Source: Candidatus Versatilivorator sp. (lineage in GTDB: Bacteria > Acidobacteriota > Terriglobia > Versatilivoradales > Versatilivoraceae). From it: 64,000 bases of DNA. Where the stretch lies: positions 4,032,001 through 4,096,000 of the forward strand of contig OZ242296.1 of assembly GCA_965207735.1 (NCBI GenBank). Reading direction: 5' to 3'. Both the position numbers and the translations under genes were made by a program. The notes under the pieces were generated by a model, which was given only the letters and a program-made list of their open reading frames with translations, made no database searches and was not told where the DNA came from. This document shows positions 20,107-29,385 of this stretch, one piece after another. Positions within the stretch are counted from its first letter, which is position 1; each line of letters begins with the position of its first letter.

Positions 20107-21132
20107 GTGTTTCAACTGATCCGTAAATGGTTTGGAACGATTGCGGTTCTACTGCTCATAAGTTTAGTGGTCGGCGCGCGAGCGCAGTCCTCGACGCAGT
20201 TGGAAGAGCAGCCAGCAAAGCAGTCGTCAGCCTCGCCGGAAGAGCAGTCCGCAACTCATTCGGAAGAAGAGTCCTTAGCAAAGTCTCCAGCCCAGTCGAC
20301 AACTGAGGCCGTGGAGCAGTCACCGGATCCTTCGGCAGATCAGGCCGGAGCTGAGCCGGAGAAGCAACCGACCGTTCAGTCGGCGGAGAAGCCGCAGGAC
20401 CGATCTCCAGCCCAGTCGGGAGAGCAATCGCCAACTCAGTCCGTTGAGCGGTCAACGGCTCAACCGAAAGCGCCGCCTGCAGTGCTGCCGGCGGCGGATG
20501 CCTACCGATTGACCGTGACCATTCACGGCGCATTCGGCCTCTGCCACAACGATGAATTCGGGTCGGAGGAATTGTATGTCGTGGTGAAGCGTCTGGACCT
20601 GGAACTGCAGGACCAGATCGAGGACACGGAGCGCGAAGCTCAACAAATCACAGGCAGCATGGCCTGGTGGCACGCGGAGCAGCGCGTGGATTCCTTGCGG
20701 AAACAGGACTTCAACAGCAAGAGCGATCCTCTTTCCGAGGCTGAACTGGAGTCATTGGAGAGGCTGCGAAGCAAAAGGCGATCAGAGCGGACGGATGACG
20801 AAGCTCGAGAGTTCAGGTCGCTCCGGGCCAGAGAGCCTATTTCGACCGCGGATGCGTCGGTGCTGGCTCGCATGAAGGAGTTGAAGACCCAACGGCGACG
20901 GTTGCTACGCCAGATTGAAATGCGCTCAAGCGCGAACAGACCCGGCTCATTACGCGTCTACCCGGACGACGAACTCCAGGTCGTCCTGATGGAAGACGAT
21001 CCCTTTTTCGACGATACCTGTTTCGGCTCGACAGTCATACTGGATCAATCCTCCCTGACGACCCCGTCGCTGGAAATCAAAAAGGATGAAAACACCTTGT
21101 TGACGCTGAACTTCAGGCCGCTCAGCAGGTGA
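20107..21132 (+). CDS. Secreted hypothetical protein: Q/S/E/P low-complexity linker, then a C2-like domain split by a helical insert
   Basis: Signal peptide; EQS/QS repeats; YRLTVTIHGAFGL..DEFGSEELYVVV and LQVVLMEDDPFFDDTCFG. Confidence 0.6.
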   Translation: MFQLIRKWFGTIAVLLLISLVVGARAQSSTQLEEQPAKQSSASPEEQSATHSEEESLAKSPAQSTTEAVEQSPDPSADQAGAEPEKQPTVQSAEKPQDRSPAQSGEQSPTQSVERSTAQPKAPPAVLPAADAYRLTVTIHGAFGLCHNDEFGSEELYVVVKRLDLELQDQIEDTEREAQQITGSMAWWHAEQRVDSLRKQDFNSKSDPLSEAELESLERLRSKRRSERTDDEAREFRSLRAREPISTADASVLARMKELKTQRRRLLRQIEMRSSANRPGSLRVYPDDELQVVLMEDDPFFDDTCFGSTVILDQSSLTTPSLEIKKDENTLLTLNFRPLSR

Positions 21133-21269
21133 ACGTCGTTCGTATTCCGACAGCCGGGAATTGTCCGGCTTCTTCAACTGTGGAGGCCGTGCCCACCAAG
21201 TAGAGATCGTAAGCAGCCGGTTCCAAAAACAGTTTCACTGCTAAATAATCTCAAGCCCCATGGAGAGCG

Positions 21270-21512
21270 TCAGGGACTCCGTCTCACCCCTCTCCTTCTA
21301 CCGCGCTCACGCCTGATGAGTTCGACAACCTCCTGTGTAGAGATGTTCGCGTTCACAGAGGGAACGTCCAGGGGCGAGTCGGGCATTCTCTCCGGAACCA
21401 GCGCATAAGTCCTGCCATCCCTTCGACGAATGAATACTTTTCCCGTTGACTCAGCCTCGTCGAGCACACTGGAAAGTTTCTGTCTGGCTTCCGAGTATGA
21501 ATAGATCTCCAC
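21270..21512 (-). CDS. Phd/YefM-family antitoxin
   Basis: YSYSEARQKLSSVLDEA...VFIRRRDG signature. Confidence 0.85.
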   Translation of the reverse strand: MEIYSYSEARQKLSSVLDEAESTGKVFIRRRDGRTYALVPERMPDSPLDVPSVNANISTQEVVELIRRERGRRRGVRRSP

Positions 21513-21513
21513 C

Positions 21514-21679
21514 TTACGCCTCCAGATTTACGAGCTTGACGTCAAGTCTGTCCGCGGCAAGCCTCAGCGGCCGGTCCAACGTCAGCAGGGGTGCACTGTA
21601 GCGCGCGGCACAATCCAGAAAGTATGCGTCGTAGGCATATAGGCCTAATCTAGCCGCGATGGACAATGTGTTCGCGATA
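21514..21679 (-). pseudogene. C-terminal remnant of a VapC/PIN toxin
   Basis: Reads IAARLGLYAYDAYFLDCAARYSAPLLTLDRPL...EA*; in-frame stop upstream and N-terminal half absent. Confidence 0.8.
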
Positions 21680-21748
21680 AAAACCAGACTGTTTCAGGAC
21701 AGGATACCGGGCACACTTGTGTCGAATGACGAACTCAGGGATTGCCGA

Positions 21749-22921
21749 CTACGCCGGCGGCGGACTCCAGATGGTGGCTCCGATGTAGCGTTCCGGGCCG
21801 GAGGCCTCGTCAGTGAAGTAGTACACGGCAACGACTTTGCCGTCCGGCCTCTGGATAGCCCTCACGTAACCGATATCCCGGCTGGCCCCGTCGTCGCGGA
21901 GCGTGATGGGATCGCTCCAGGTACTGCCCCTGTCGCCGCTAAGCACGGCGCGAATGCTGTAGGGTTCGGCTCGGTAGCCGTAGAGCAGGCAGATCCGTCC
22001 GTCCTGCAGTTCGATCATCGCGGGTGGATTGCCCACCCCCGCGTCCGGCACCGCCTCGTTCAAGTACTCCCAACCGGCGCCGTTGTCGGTCGACAGGTAG
22101 GTCCCGATCCACCTGCGGGTCGCCTCCCGCATTCGAACAGTCACGAGAATGTGCGTGTCGGATAGCCGAAGCGAGGCCGGCATGATGGAGAACCCTTCGG
22201 GCTCCGGACCGATCCAGGACACGAATTTCCAGGTCTTGCCGGAGTCGGTGGTCCGCACGCAAAGCGGCCTTCCCTCCCTTCCGTTGGCCTTTGCGGCCGT
22301 GATGAAGAGCGTGCAGGTCTGCTTGTCGTCAACGATGTAGTCCGTGCGGGGGGCAATGCCGGGTGAGTCGAAGCTGGGCAAGCGGAAGGGGCCCTCCCAG
22401 GTGCGGCCCCTGTCATAGGAATAGAAGACGCGGCCGATTCCGGCGTGAATACTGTTGGTGCGAACGGTCAGAGCGAAGTCCGGGTGGGTGAAGTCGATGC
22501 CACCCTCGCTATCTTTCAGCGGCGGGATCGTGACACCCGGACGGGTGATGCCGTGCAGGTATCCACCCTCAGCCAGCAGGTGCCCCTTCGCCCCCGGGTC
22601 CTCTATCGACCACGTCTCGCCGCCGTCAAGGCTTCGGGCCAACATCGGAATCTCCGGCTTCTCGCGATCGATGTGGTGGCCCAGACCCTGGTCCTTGTAG
22701 TAACCCATTCCGAAACCGACCAGGATCTCGTTGCCCCAACTCCAGATGCCGTGATTGGCCGGCCAGCCGCCGAACATGCCCTTCTCGAAGTAGACCTTGA
22801 GATGCCTGGGTTCGTCGGCCCTCACCTGCTTCTGGCCGGACAGATTCGTTTCATCCGATGTGCGACAGGCGACCATTCCGACCGCCAGCAACCCTATGAC
22901 AAGAAAGATTCTCAATTTCAT
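21749..22921 (-). CDS. BNR/Asp-box sialidase-like lipoprotein
   Basis: Five Asp-boxes (SLDGGETW, SYDRGRTW, TTDSGKTW, STDNGAGW, SGDRGSTW); lipobox MVAC. Confidence 0.82.
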   Translation of the reverse strand: MKLRIFLVIGLLAVGMVACRTSDETNLSGQKQVRADEPRHLKVYFEKGMFGGWPANHGIWSWGNEILVGFGMGYYKDQGLGHHIDREKPEIPMLARSLDGGETWSIEDPGAKGHLLAEGGYLHGITRPGVTIPPLKDSEGGIDFTHPDFALTVRTNSIHAGIGRVFYSYDRGRTWEGPFRLPSFDSPGIAPRTDYIVDDKQTCTLFITAAKANGREGRPLCVRTTDSGKTWKFVSWIGPEPEGFSIMPASLRLSDTHILVTVRMREATRRWIGTYLSTDNGAGWEYLNEAVPDAGVGNPPAMIELQDGRICLLYGYRAEPYSIRAVLSGDRGSTWSDPITLRDDGASRDIGYVRAIQRPDGKVVAVYYFTDEASGPERYIGATIWSPPPA

Positions 22922-23117
22922 TCGATTCCCCGCCTCTATGCAGACAGCGACCCGCGTTCGAACGCCGCAGGACTCTCGATGCCAATGACACCCGTCATGG
23001 GATGAACAAAAGCATCATATCGCAGCAGAGCGGAAGCCGAAGTCGTCCGGCAGACGCGCCCGGCGAAAATTGTAAGGTGGCCAGTCTGAATCCGGGCCCT
23101 CCCCAACGATACTGCCC

Positions 23118-23876
23118 TCAAGCCAGGTTGAACCTCACGGTAATGCGAGTCACCACTCGAACCGGCATTCCATTGAGCACGGTGGGCTTGTAGCGCAATT
23201 GTCTGACAGCTTCCAGAGCGCGCTCAGTCAACAAGGGATGGCCCTTGATTACGCGCAGATCTTCCACCAAACCCAGCTCGCTGATAGTCGCTTCCAGAAT
23301 CACCGTTCCCTGGATACGGGCCTGTACCGCCAGCGGCGGGTAACGGGGACGCACCTGTCGAATGAGCTTGGCGTGCTGCACGCTTCCACCCACGCGCACG
23401 CGTTGAGAGGGCTTGGCCCGCGGAGGTGCCGGAGGGAGTGGAAGAGGATCCATTGAAGCCGGCTCCCCCCCGATGACTCCATCAATGATGCCACCGGGCA
23501 CACCACCAGGAATACCTCCCGGAACACCCCCCGAAATACCGGCGACGAGCGAGTCGAGCGGAGGAGCTTCATCCATGCCTGTGAGGATCTCCTGGGGGAT
23601 TTCCACCGGAGCCTGGAAGGCATCCTCAACAACCGTCCTCGGGATTCTCCTGGATGTCGCCTCCGCCGGGGCTGCGGGAGGAGGTGCAGGGGGACGGGGA
23701 GGCGTTACCAGAAAACTCAGCCGCTGAATAGACCCCGACACGGTGTCGGGAAAGAGCAGCGGCAGGGTAATTGCTGAAACGATCAGAGCGACATGAATGG
23801 CGACTGAAACCATCAGAGTGTTTGATTTCTTCGCCGCCGTGCCAGCCTCTCCCGAATCCATAAACCCGTTAAACAT
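23118..23876 (-). CDS. Energy transducer TonB-family protein
   Basis: TM anchor SVAIH, Pro/Gly-rich linker with GGVPGG repeats, C-terminal PRYPPLA...IQGTVILEA...YKPT.LNG.PV. Confidence 0.88.
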   Translation of the reverse strand: MFNGFMDSGEAGTAAKKSNTLMVSVAIHVALIVSAITLPLLFPDTVSGSIQRLSFLVTPPRPPAPPPAAPAEATSRRIPRTVVEDAFQAPVEIPQEILTGMDEAPPLDSLVAGISGGVPGGIPGGVPGGIIDGVIGGEPASMDPLPLPPAPPRAKPSQRVRVGGSVQHAKLIRQVRPRYPPLAVQARIQGTVILEATISELGLVEDLRVIKGHPLLTERALEAVRQLRYKPTVLNGMPVRVVTRITVRFNLA

Positions 23877-24174
23877 GGTCAATCCCCTGTTCAAATACTT
23901 GCCGGCAGAGCCAACCGGCTTCTTCCAACTGACGACGAGAAGCTTTGTTCTTCCCCAGTATGGACACCACAGCCTCTGCTAAAGTTCCCGAATTGAACCG
24001 GGAGTCCCGAAATCCTCCCGAACCTCCTGAAGAATGGCACATCCTAGAGGAGCTAACAATACAAGGGACCGGAAATAGGGGAGGTTGTTGAATTAATTGA
24101 GTTGACTTTCGGGAGACACCCTTGATTGCAACGCAATCGTCGGGTAAGCTTTCTCCGAAGACGGAGGTGTGACA

Positions 24175-24417
24175 ATGGCAAGCATCACGATCCGCCATCT
24201 CGACAACGACGTGAAGACCCGACTTCGGGTTCGAGCATCCTCCAACGGTAGATCGATGGAAGAGGAGGCGCGGATCATCCTGCGCGAGGCGGTCGGCCGG
24301 GAAGCCGAACCCGAGAACCTGGCCAGTTTCATCCGCGAATGCTTCGAGCCATTCGGCGGGGTGGAACTAGAACTACCGCCACGCGAACCGATGCGCGAGC
24401 CGCCTGATTTCAGTTGA
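24175..24417 (+). CDS. FitA/StbC-like ribbon-helix-helix antitoxin
   Basis: MASITIRHLD...LRVRA...RSMEEEARIIL; GGAGG RBS. Confidence 0.88.
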   Translation: MASITIRHLDNDVKTRLRVRASSNGRSMEEEARIILREAVGREAEPENLASFIRECFEPFGGVELELPPREPMREPPDFS

Positions 24418-24426
24418 GGCTCACCA

Positions 24427-24849
24427 ATGTTCGTTCTCGATACCAACGTGGTGTCCGAGCTGATGCGCCCGGCGCCCGATCCGGTGATTGCATCCTGGGT
24501 CGCGGCCCATGCGACATCGAGCCTGTTTCTGACCGCAGTGACGGAGGCCGAGTTACGCTTCGGCCTTGCGGTCATGCCAACCGGCAAGCGCCGGGACGGC
24601 CTTGGAGCGGCGCTTGAACGCGTCCTGGAAACGGGCTTTGCGAACCGTGTGCTGCCGTTCGACAGGGGTGCCGCGCGGGCATATGCCAGGATCGCTGCCG
24701 TAAGACGCCAACTGGGCAGACCGATCCCGGAAGCCGATTGCCAGATCGCGGCCATCGCTGTGGCGCGCAGCATGGCAGTGGTAACCCGCAATACTCGGGA
24801 CTTCGAGAATACGGGCATAGACATCCTTGACCCGTGGAAGGGCGCATGA
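24427..24849 (+). CDS. vapC: VapC/FitB PIN-domain toxin
   Basis: VLDTNVVSE, DCQIAAIA, VTRNTRDF, DPW; adjacent to the antitoxin. Confidence 0.9.
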   Translation: MFVLDTNVVSELMRPAPDPVIASWVAAHATSSLFLTAVTEAELRFGLAVMPTGKRRDGLGAALERVLETGFANRVLPFDRGAARAYARIAAVRRQLGRPIPEADCQIAAIAVARSMAVVTRNTRDFENTGIDILDPWKGA

Positions 24850-24856
24850 GAGGGAA

Positions 24857-26026
24857 ATGAGTGAATCCGATCTCAACATCACGCTCGGCGTCGAGGAGGA
24901 GTTCTTCCTGGTCGACCCCGACACCCGCGACCTGGAGTCCGATCCAAACCCTGGTATCTTTGAGGCCTGCGAGCAGAACCGCGGGCCCCACACGGTCGCA
25001 CACGAGGTTTTGCGGACGCAGATCGAGACCAGCACCAGGGTGTGCGGGTCGGTGACGGAGGCCTGCGAAGCAGTGTGGGAAACCCGCCGCCTGGTGATCG
25101 AGGCTGCCGCCGAGCACGGGGTGGCGGTGCTGGCGGCGTCGACCCACCCGTTCGCCGAATGGAAGTCCCAACTCATCACGCCGCGGGAGCGCTACGAGCG
25201 ATTCGTCGTCACCTTTCAGGAGAGCGTGCGGCAGCAACTCATCGGCGGCATGCACATCCACGCCGGCTTCGGCGACCCCGACTCGCGGATCCGGGTCATG
25301 ACGGCGATGCGGCAGTACCTGCCGCTGATCCACGCGCTGTCAACATCCTCGCCGTTCCATGGCGGGCGCGAGACGGGCTTCAAGTCCTACCGCCTGAACA
25401 TCCTGGGAGTGCTGCCCCGCACCAGCCTGCCGAGCCCGCTGTCGTCGCGGGCGGAGTATGAACGTCTCTTGGCGACCTACCGGCGCATGCGCTTCATCCA
25501 GAGCGGCAGCGAGCTGTGGTGGGACATTCGACCGTCCCAAAACTTTCCGACGGTGGAGATACGGATCTGCGACGTTTGCCCGCGTCTCGACGACGTGGCC
25601 AGCATCGTGGCGCTCTACGCTTCGCTGGTCCGGCGCCTGTTGCGCCTCGACAGCGCAGGTCTGCTGCCCCCCGATCCGCCGACCGAAATTATCGCAGAGA
25701 ACCGCTGGCTTGCCCAGCGCTACGGCGTGCTGGCGTTCTTCGGTGACATGAACAGCGCCGAAGGGCGCGTCGACATCGAAGATTACGCCGCGCGGCTGGT
25801 GGAGGATTTGGCGGAGGATGCGCACAAGCTCGGCTGCGAGCGGGAGCTTCGCCACGTGCTCACCATCGTTCGAGAAGGCAGCGGCGCCGACCGCCAGCTC
25901 GACCTTTTTCGGCTCCGCCGGCTGGAGGGCGACACCGAGCAAGAAGCGTTGCGGGCCGTGGTCGATCTGGTGATTGCCGAGACCCGCAAGGGAGTGCGCG
26001 CCGATGCCTGGAGGACCCCTCATTAG
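24857..26026 (+). CDS. ybdK: Carboxylate-amine ligase YbdK (GCS2 family)
   Basis: TLGVEEEFFLVD, GMHIHAG, SSPF, LWWDIRP and TVEIRICD motifs. Confidence 0.88.
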   Translation: MSESDLNITLGVEEEFFLVDPDTRDLESDPNPGIFEACEQNRGPHTVAHEVLRTQIETSTRVCGSVTEACEAVWETRRLVIEAAAEHGVAVLAASTHPFAEWKSQLITPRERYERFVVTFQESVRQQLIGGMHIHAGFGDPDSRIRVMTAMRQYLPLIHALSTSSPFHGGRETGFKSYRLNILGVLPRTSLPSPLSSRAEYERLLATYRRMRFIQSGSELWWDIRPSQNFPTVEIRICDVCPRLDDVASIVALYASLVRRLLRLDSAGLLPPDPPTEIIAENRWLAQRYGVLAFFGDMNSAEGRVDIEDYAARLVEDLAEDAHKLGCERELRHVLTIVREGSGADRQLDLFRLRRLEGDTEQEALRAVVDLVIAETRKGVRADAWRTPH

Positions 26027-26045
26027 CGCCAATTCCTCACTCTGG

Positions 26046-26072
26046 GGTGGACCTAAATTGGGGGGGAGGTCA
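26046..26072. mobile_element. Isolated IS3-family-like terminal repeat remnant
   Basis: Reverse complement TGACCTCCCCCCCAATTTAGGTCCACC has the 5'-TG...C-run form of IS3 ends; no transposase or partner end seen. Confidence 0.35.
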
Positions 26073-26313
26073 CAGAGTCCGTAGAAAAGCCTCAAGGTCA
26101 CCCAACTGCAGTACAACTGAGGCACGTTGCGTGGGGGCAGGAAGGGCTCGACCTCTACCCGAACGCGCTCGCTGCCCACACGAATTCCTGAAGCGGTCTC
26201 AAATTAGTCAACGCCTCGGCTGTTGGTCGCGGCAGATAGTGCCGTGTCAAACAATTTCCCTAGTGATAGCGCCACGCTTCCGGGGTCTGAAATTGTGCCG
26301 CTGAGTCTCAACT

Positions 26314-27540
26314 ATGCGCTTTGGCAAAAAACAAGTCCCGGCCATCCGTTCCCAACTCTTCAACCGCAATTTGGCGATCCTGCTATTCGCGCAGGCAGTG
26401 GGGATCACCGGCTGGTTCGCTGTCGTTACGGCTGGCGGAATCCTTGGCCGTAGCCTGGCGGCAAACCCGGCCCTGGCGACCTTGCCGGTGTCACTGCTCG
26501 TCGTGGGCAACGCCGTTTGCGCGATCATCGCTTCGTGGACCATGGCGCGCGTGGGCCGCGCCCGTGGCTTTGCGATTGGCGCCACGGTGGGCGCCCTCGG
26601 AGCAGCCTGTGCTTTCCTTGCAACCCTGACTCACGACTTCGCGCTGCTTTGTGGCGGCTCGATCACGATCGGCTGCGCGGCCGCATTTTCTCAGCAATAC
26701 CGCTATGCCGCCACTGAATGTGTCGGTGCGGCGGCCGCACCAAAAGCGATCTCAATCGTGCTTTTGGGCTCCATCGTTGGCGCTTTCCTCGGCCCGGGAC
26801 TGATATCGTGGGGTGAGTCCTGGGTCGCGGGAGCACCGTTCGGTGGCTCGTTCGCCGCTATTGTGGCGTGCTATTTACTTGGCGCTGCCGCCCTCCTTGC
26901 CTTGCGGCCGATGACCCCTTCGGCCGAGGAAGAAACAACCGGGGGCGCTCGTCCTCTGCGCGTCATAGTTCGCGGCCGCTTCTTTATCGCGGCCGTCACG
27001 GGGGGCGGGGTCGGGTGGGGCGTCATGACTGTCTTGATGACGGCCGTACCGCTGGCCATGCATGTTGTCGACGGGTATTCCCTGGCGGCAACGGCGTCGA
27101 TCATCCAGGCCCATGTGCTGGCCATGTACCTTCCTTCATTGATCAGTGGTGCTCTCATCGGACGCTTCGGCGCCGGGCGGGTGATGATTGGGGGAGTGGC
27201 GCTGCTGGGCGCCACCCTGGTTGCGGGCCTGGCGGGCCGCCACATGCTGCACTACGGCCTGGCCATGGTGGCGCTCGGCGTCGGTTGGAATTTCCTCTAT
27301 GTTGGAGGAACGACGCTACTGGCCCGAGCCCATCGTCCAGCCGAACGCTTCCGTGTTCAGGCGCTGAACGATTTCAGCATTATGGGTATCTCGGCCCTTG
27401 CCTCCTGGAGTTCGGGGGCAGTCATGGAGCTGCTTGGCTGGAACTGGGTGCTCTACTCCTCGATTCCCGCCATCCTCGTTGCAGCAATGGTCATTCTCTG
27501 GGTACGTCCGGACCATCCGCCGGCAACTGACCGCGCATGA
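26314..27540 (+). CDS. MFS transporter
   Basis: About 12 hydrophobic segments; QQYRYAATE, HVLAMYLPS and GVGWNFLYVGGT motifs. Confidence 0.88.
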   Translation: MRFGKKQVPAIRSQLFNRNLAILLFAQAVGITGWFAVVTAGGILGRSLAANPALATLPVSLLVVGNAVCAIIASWTMARVGRARGFAIGATVGALGAACAFLATLTHDFALLCGGSITIGCAAAFSQQYRYAATECVGAAAAPKAISIVLLGSIVGAFLGPGLISWGESWVAGAPFGGSFAAIVACYLLGAAALLALRPMTPSAEEETTGGARPLRVIVRGRFFIAAVTGGGVGWGVMTVLMTAVPLAMHVVDGYSLAATASIIQAHVLAMYLPSLISGALIGRFGAGRVMIGGVALLGATLVAGLAGRHMLHYGLAMVALGVGWNFLYVGGTTLLARAHRPAERFRVQALNDFSIMGISALASWSSGAVMELLGWNWVLYSSIPAILVAAMVILWVRPDHPPATDRA

Positions 27541-27618
27541 GAGCAGGGGCGGCTGTCAACGGTCATCGGAAACCGCGTCAATCTGAACAGATGGTCGTCC
27601 GCAACATCTTGTAAGAAT

Positions 27619-27647
27619 TAGGGGACGTTGTTGAATTACTGGAATAA
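27619..27647 (-). repeat. Inverted copy of the RAYT-associated end motif
   Basis: TAGGGGACGTTGTTGAATTA is the exact reverse complement of the 20-bp end of the copies ending at 28646 and 29375. Confidence 0.85.
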
Positions 27648-27744
27648 CTTACCCAGTTTTTTCTTCCTGCAGTTTTGTGGAGTGTGCAACTAGATGATGC
27701 ATGGAAGTGTACCGCCCCCGATTCCCCGGACAGATACCATGCAC

Positions 27745-28155
27745 CTATTTCTCCGTGGAATGACGTCCTACGTAGCTAAGCGCGGCGCGAGCGAGCAGGC
27801 CTGACCGTGTTTCCCCTTCTCGGGCCGCCGCCTTGTCCACAATCGCCAGAACGCGGGCGGGCACCGTGATGTTGATTCGCTTGGTCTTGCTCAACAGCTT
27901 GGAGAGATCAACGTTCACGAGTGCCCAAATCCCAGACTTGTAATCATCATTCGCCTGGTGTGTTTCCAACGATTCCTTGGCAGGTATGGGTTCTCCATCC
28001 ATGAGGAGTCCCTCCAGATGGCAGGCAATAGCCTCCTGGGCCGCCTCGACGGCTTCCTCAAGCGTATCTCCCGCCGAAAAGCAGCCAGGCAGATCTGGTA
28101 CGCTAACCCCATAAGCACTCTCTACGTCCTTGTGGATCACAACCGGGTATCGCAT
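27745..28155 (-). CDS. hicB: HicB antitoxin
   Basis: YGVSVPDLPGCFSAGDTLEEA and C-terminal RINITVP...RSGLLA RHH domain. Confidence 0.92.
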   Translation of the reverse strand: MRYPVVIHKDVESAYGVSVPDLPGCFSAGDTLEEAVEAAQEAIACHLEGLLMDGEPIPAKESLETHQANDDYKSGIWALVNVDLSKLLSKTKRINITVPARVLAIVDKAAAREGETRSGLLARAALSYVGRHSTEK

Positions 28156-28156
28156 C

Positions 28157-28351
28157 TCAGCGGTCCTCCCATTTCCAATTGGCTTGTCGGTAGATGTTGC
28201 GCAGAGTGCCGATGGGGATCTCCTTACTGGGGTGCGTCACAGTGACCCGTCCGGACTTTTCAGGGTGAACGAATTGGTGATGGCTTCCGCGCACGTTGCG
28301 GGACACTCAGCCATCCCGCTTCAGTCTCCGAATAACCTCCGCGCTCCTCAT
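28157..28351 (-). pseudogene. hicA: HicA toxin with premature TGA at codon 15
   Basis: MRSAEVIRRLKRDG*VSRNVRGSHHQFVHP.K.GRVTVTHP...IGTLRNIYRQA; stop at 28307-28309 replaces the usual Trp of DGW. Confidence 0.88.
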
Positions 28352-28368
28352 TGTATGTATTATACACA
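28352..28368 (-). promoter_or_regulatory. Extended -10 promoter for probable leaderless hicAB transcript
   Basis: TGTGTATAAT ends 7 nt before the hicA ATG and sits in an imperfect palindrome. Confidence 0.55.
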
Positions 28369-28598
28369 CTATCTCACTCTTAGAACCTCACAGAGTGTGC
28401 TGTGCGCGCTTGGCGCCCTCAGGGACAGTTTTAAGAGCCAAGTCGCAGCGTTCCAAGCGTTTGCAAGTCCCCCGCCCCACGATTTCATTGGACAGTGATT
28501 TGAGGGACTCTATGAGAAGCTACACGAGAGGAGGATCACCCAGTTTCCTCACGCCATCCCGGATTTTCCCTCTGTTTTTCTTCCCTTTCCAGGCGTCG

Positions 28599-28646
28599 AC
28601 AGAATCGCCAGACAGAATAATTCCACTAATTCAACAACGTCCCCTA
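28599..28646 (+). repeat. 48-bp direct repeat, copy A
   Basis: Matches 29328-29375 with 2 mismatches; last 35 bp identical (ACAGAATAATTCCACTAATTCAACAACGTCCCCTA). Confidence 0.88.
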
Positions 28647-28659
28647 TTGGCTCCCCGAG

Positions 28660-29349
28660 AGTCACGGTCACCTTTTTCAGAATCGTTACAAATCCATTGT
28701 GTGTGAGGAGGACGGCTATTTTGTGGAGTTACTCCGCTACATCCATCTCAATCCTATTCGTGCCGGGCTGGTCGGCACTTTAGGCGAATTGGAGCATTAT
28801 CCCTGGATCGGGCATGCAGTGCTGTTGGGAGAGGTCGTAGGGAGCTGGCAAGAACGGGAGTGGGTCCTGAGTTGGTTCGGCAATACGGCCGATAGTGCCA
28901 AGAGGGCCTATCGGGAATTTGTAGCGGCGGGGGTGGGACAGGAGCGGCGGCCTGGGCTGGTCGGAGGAGGACAGGTCCGATCAGGAGGGGGTTGGTCGGT
29001 AGTTCGCGGCCGCAGTCGGCAAAAAGCAGGGAATGGGCGCATCCTTGGCGGTGAGGTCTTCGTGGACACGGTACTACGGGAAGCGGAAGAGCGAATACGC
29101 CGACAATTGGAGGTGCGACGAAACCAGTCTGGTATGACCGAGGCAATAGAGGAGGTCTGTCAGCAGGCTGGTGTCAGCCCACTGGAACTTAGGGCGGGCA
29201 GTCGGCGGAGGCAGGTGTCAAAGATTCGAGCGTTGCTGGCACAACGGTTAATGGAGGAATTCGGGCTTTCCCTGGCGGAAGTTGCTCGCGAGTTAGGGGT
29301 CTCTCTCTCCGCAATTGCCAAGAGTTTACAGAAGCGCCATACAGAATAA
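28660..29349 (+). pseudogene. 5'-truncated REP-associated tyrosine (Y1/HUH) transposase with C-terminal HTH
   Basis: HGHLFQNRYKSIVCEED..LLRYIHLNPIRAGLV..YPW motifs and SLAEVARELGVS HTH; N-terminal HUH part missing. Confidence 0.82.
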
Positions 29350-29375
29350 TTCCACTAATTCAACAACGTCCCCTA
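29328..29375 (+). repeat. 48-bp direct repeat, copy B, overlapping the transposase stop
   Basis: See copy A. Confidence 0.88.
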
Positions 29376-29385
29376 CTTTTCACTG

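Noticed and set aside
28307-28309. Selenocysteine or TGA-as-Trp recoding in hicA
   Set aside because: The position is a Trp, not a Cys, site and many genes in the window end in TGA; a nonsense mutation is simpler.
27708-28500. IS3-like end fragments at about 27708-27732 and 28470-28495 as a composite transposon around hicAB
   Set aside because: They are in direct orientation, diverged and without a transposase; at most scars.
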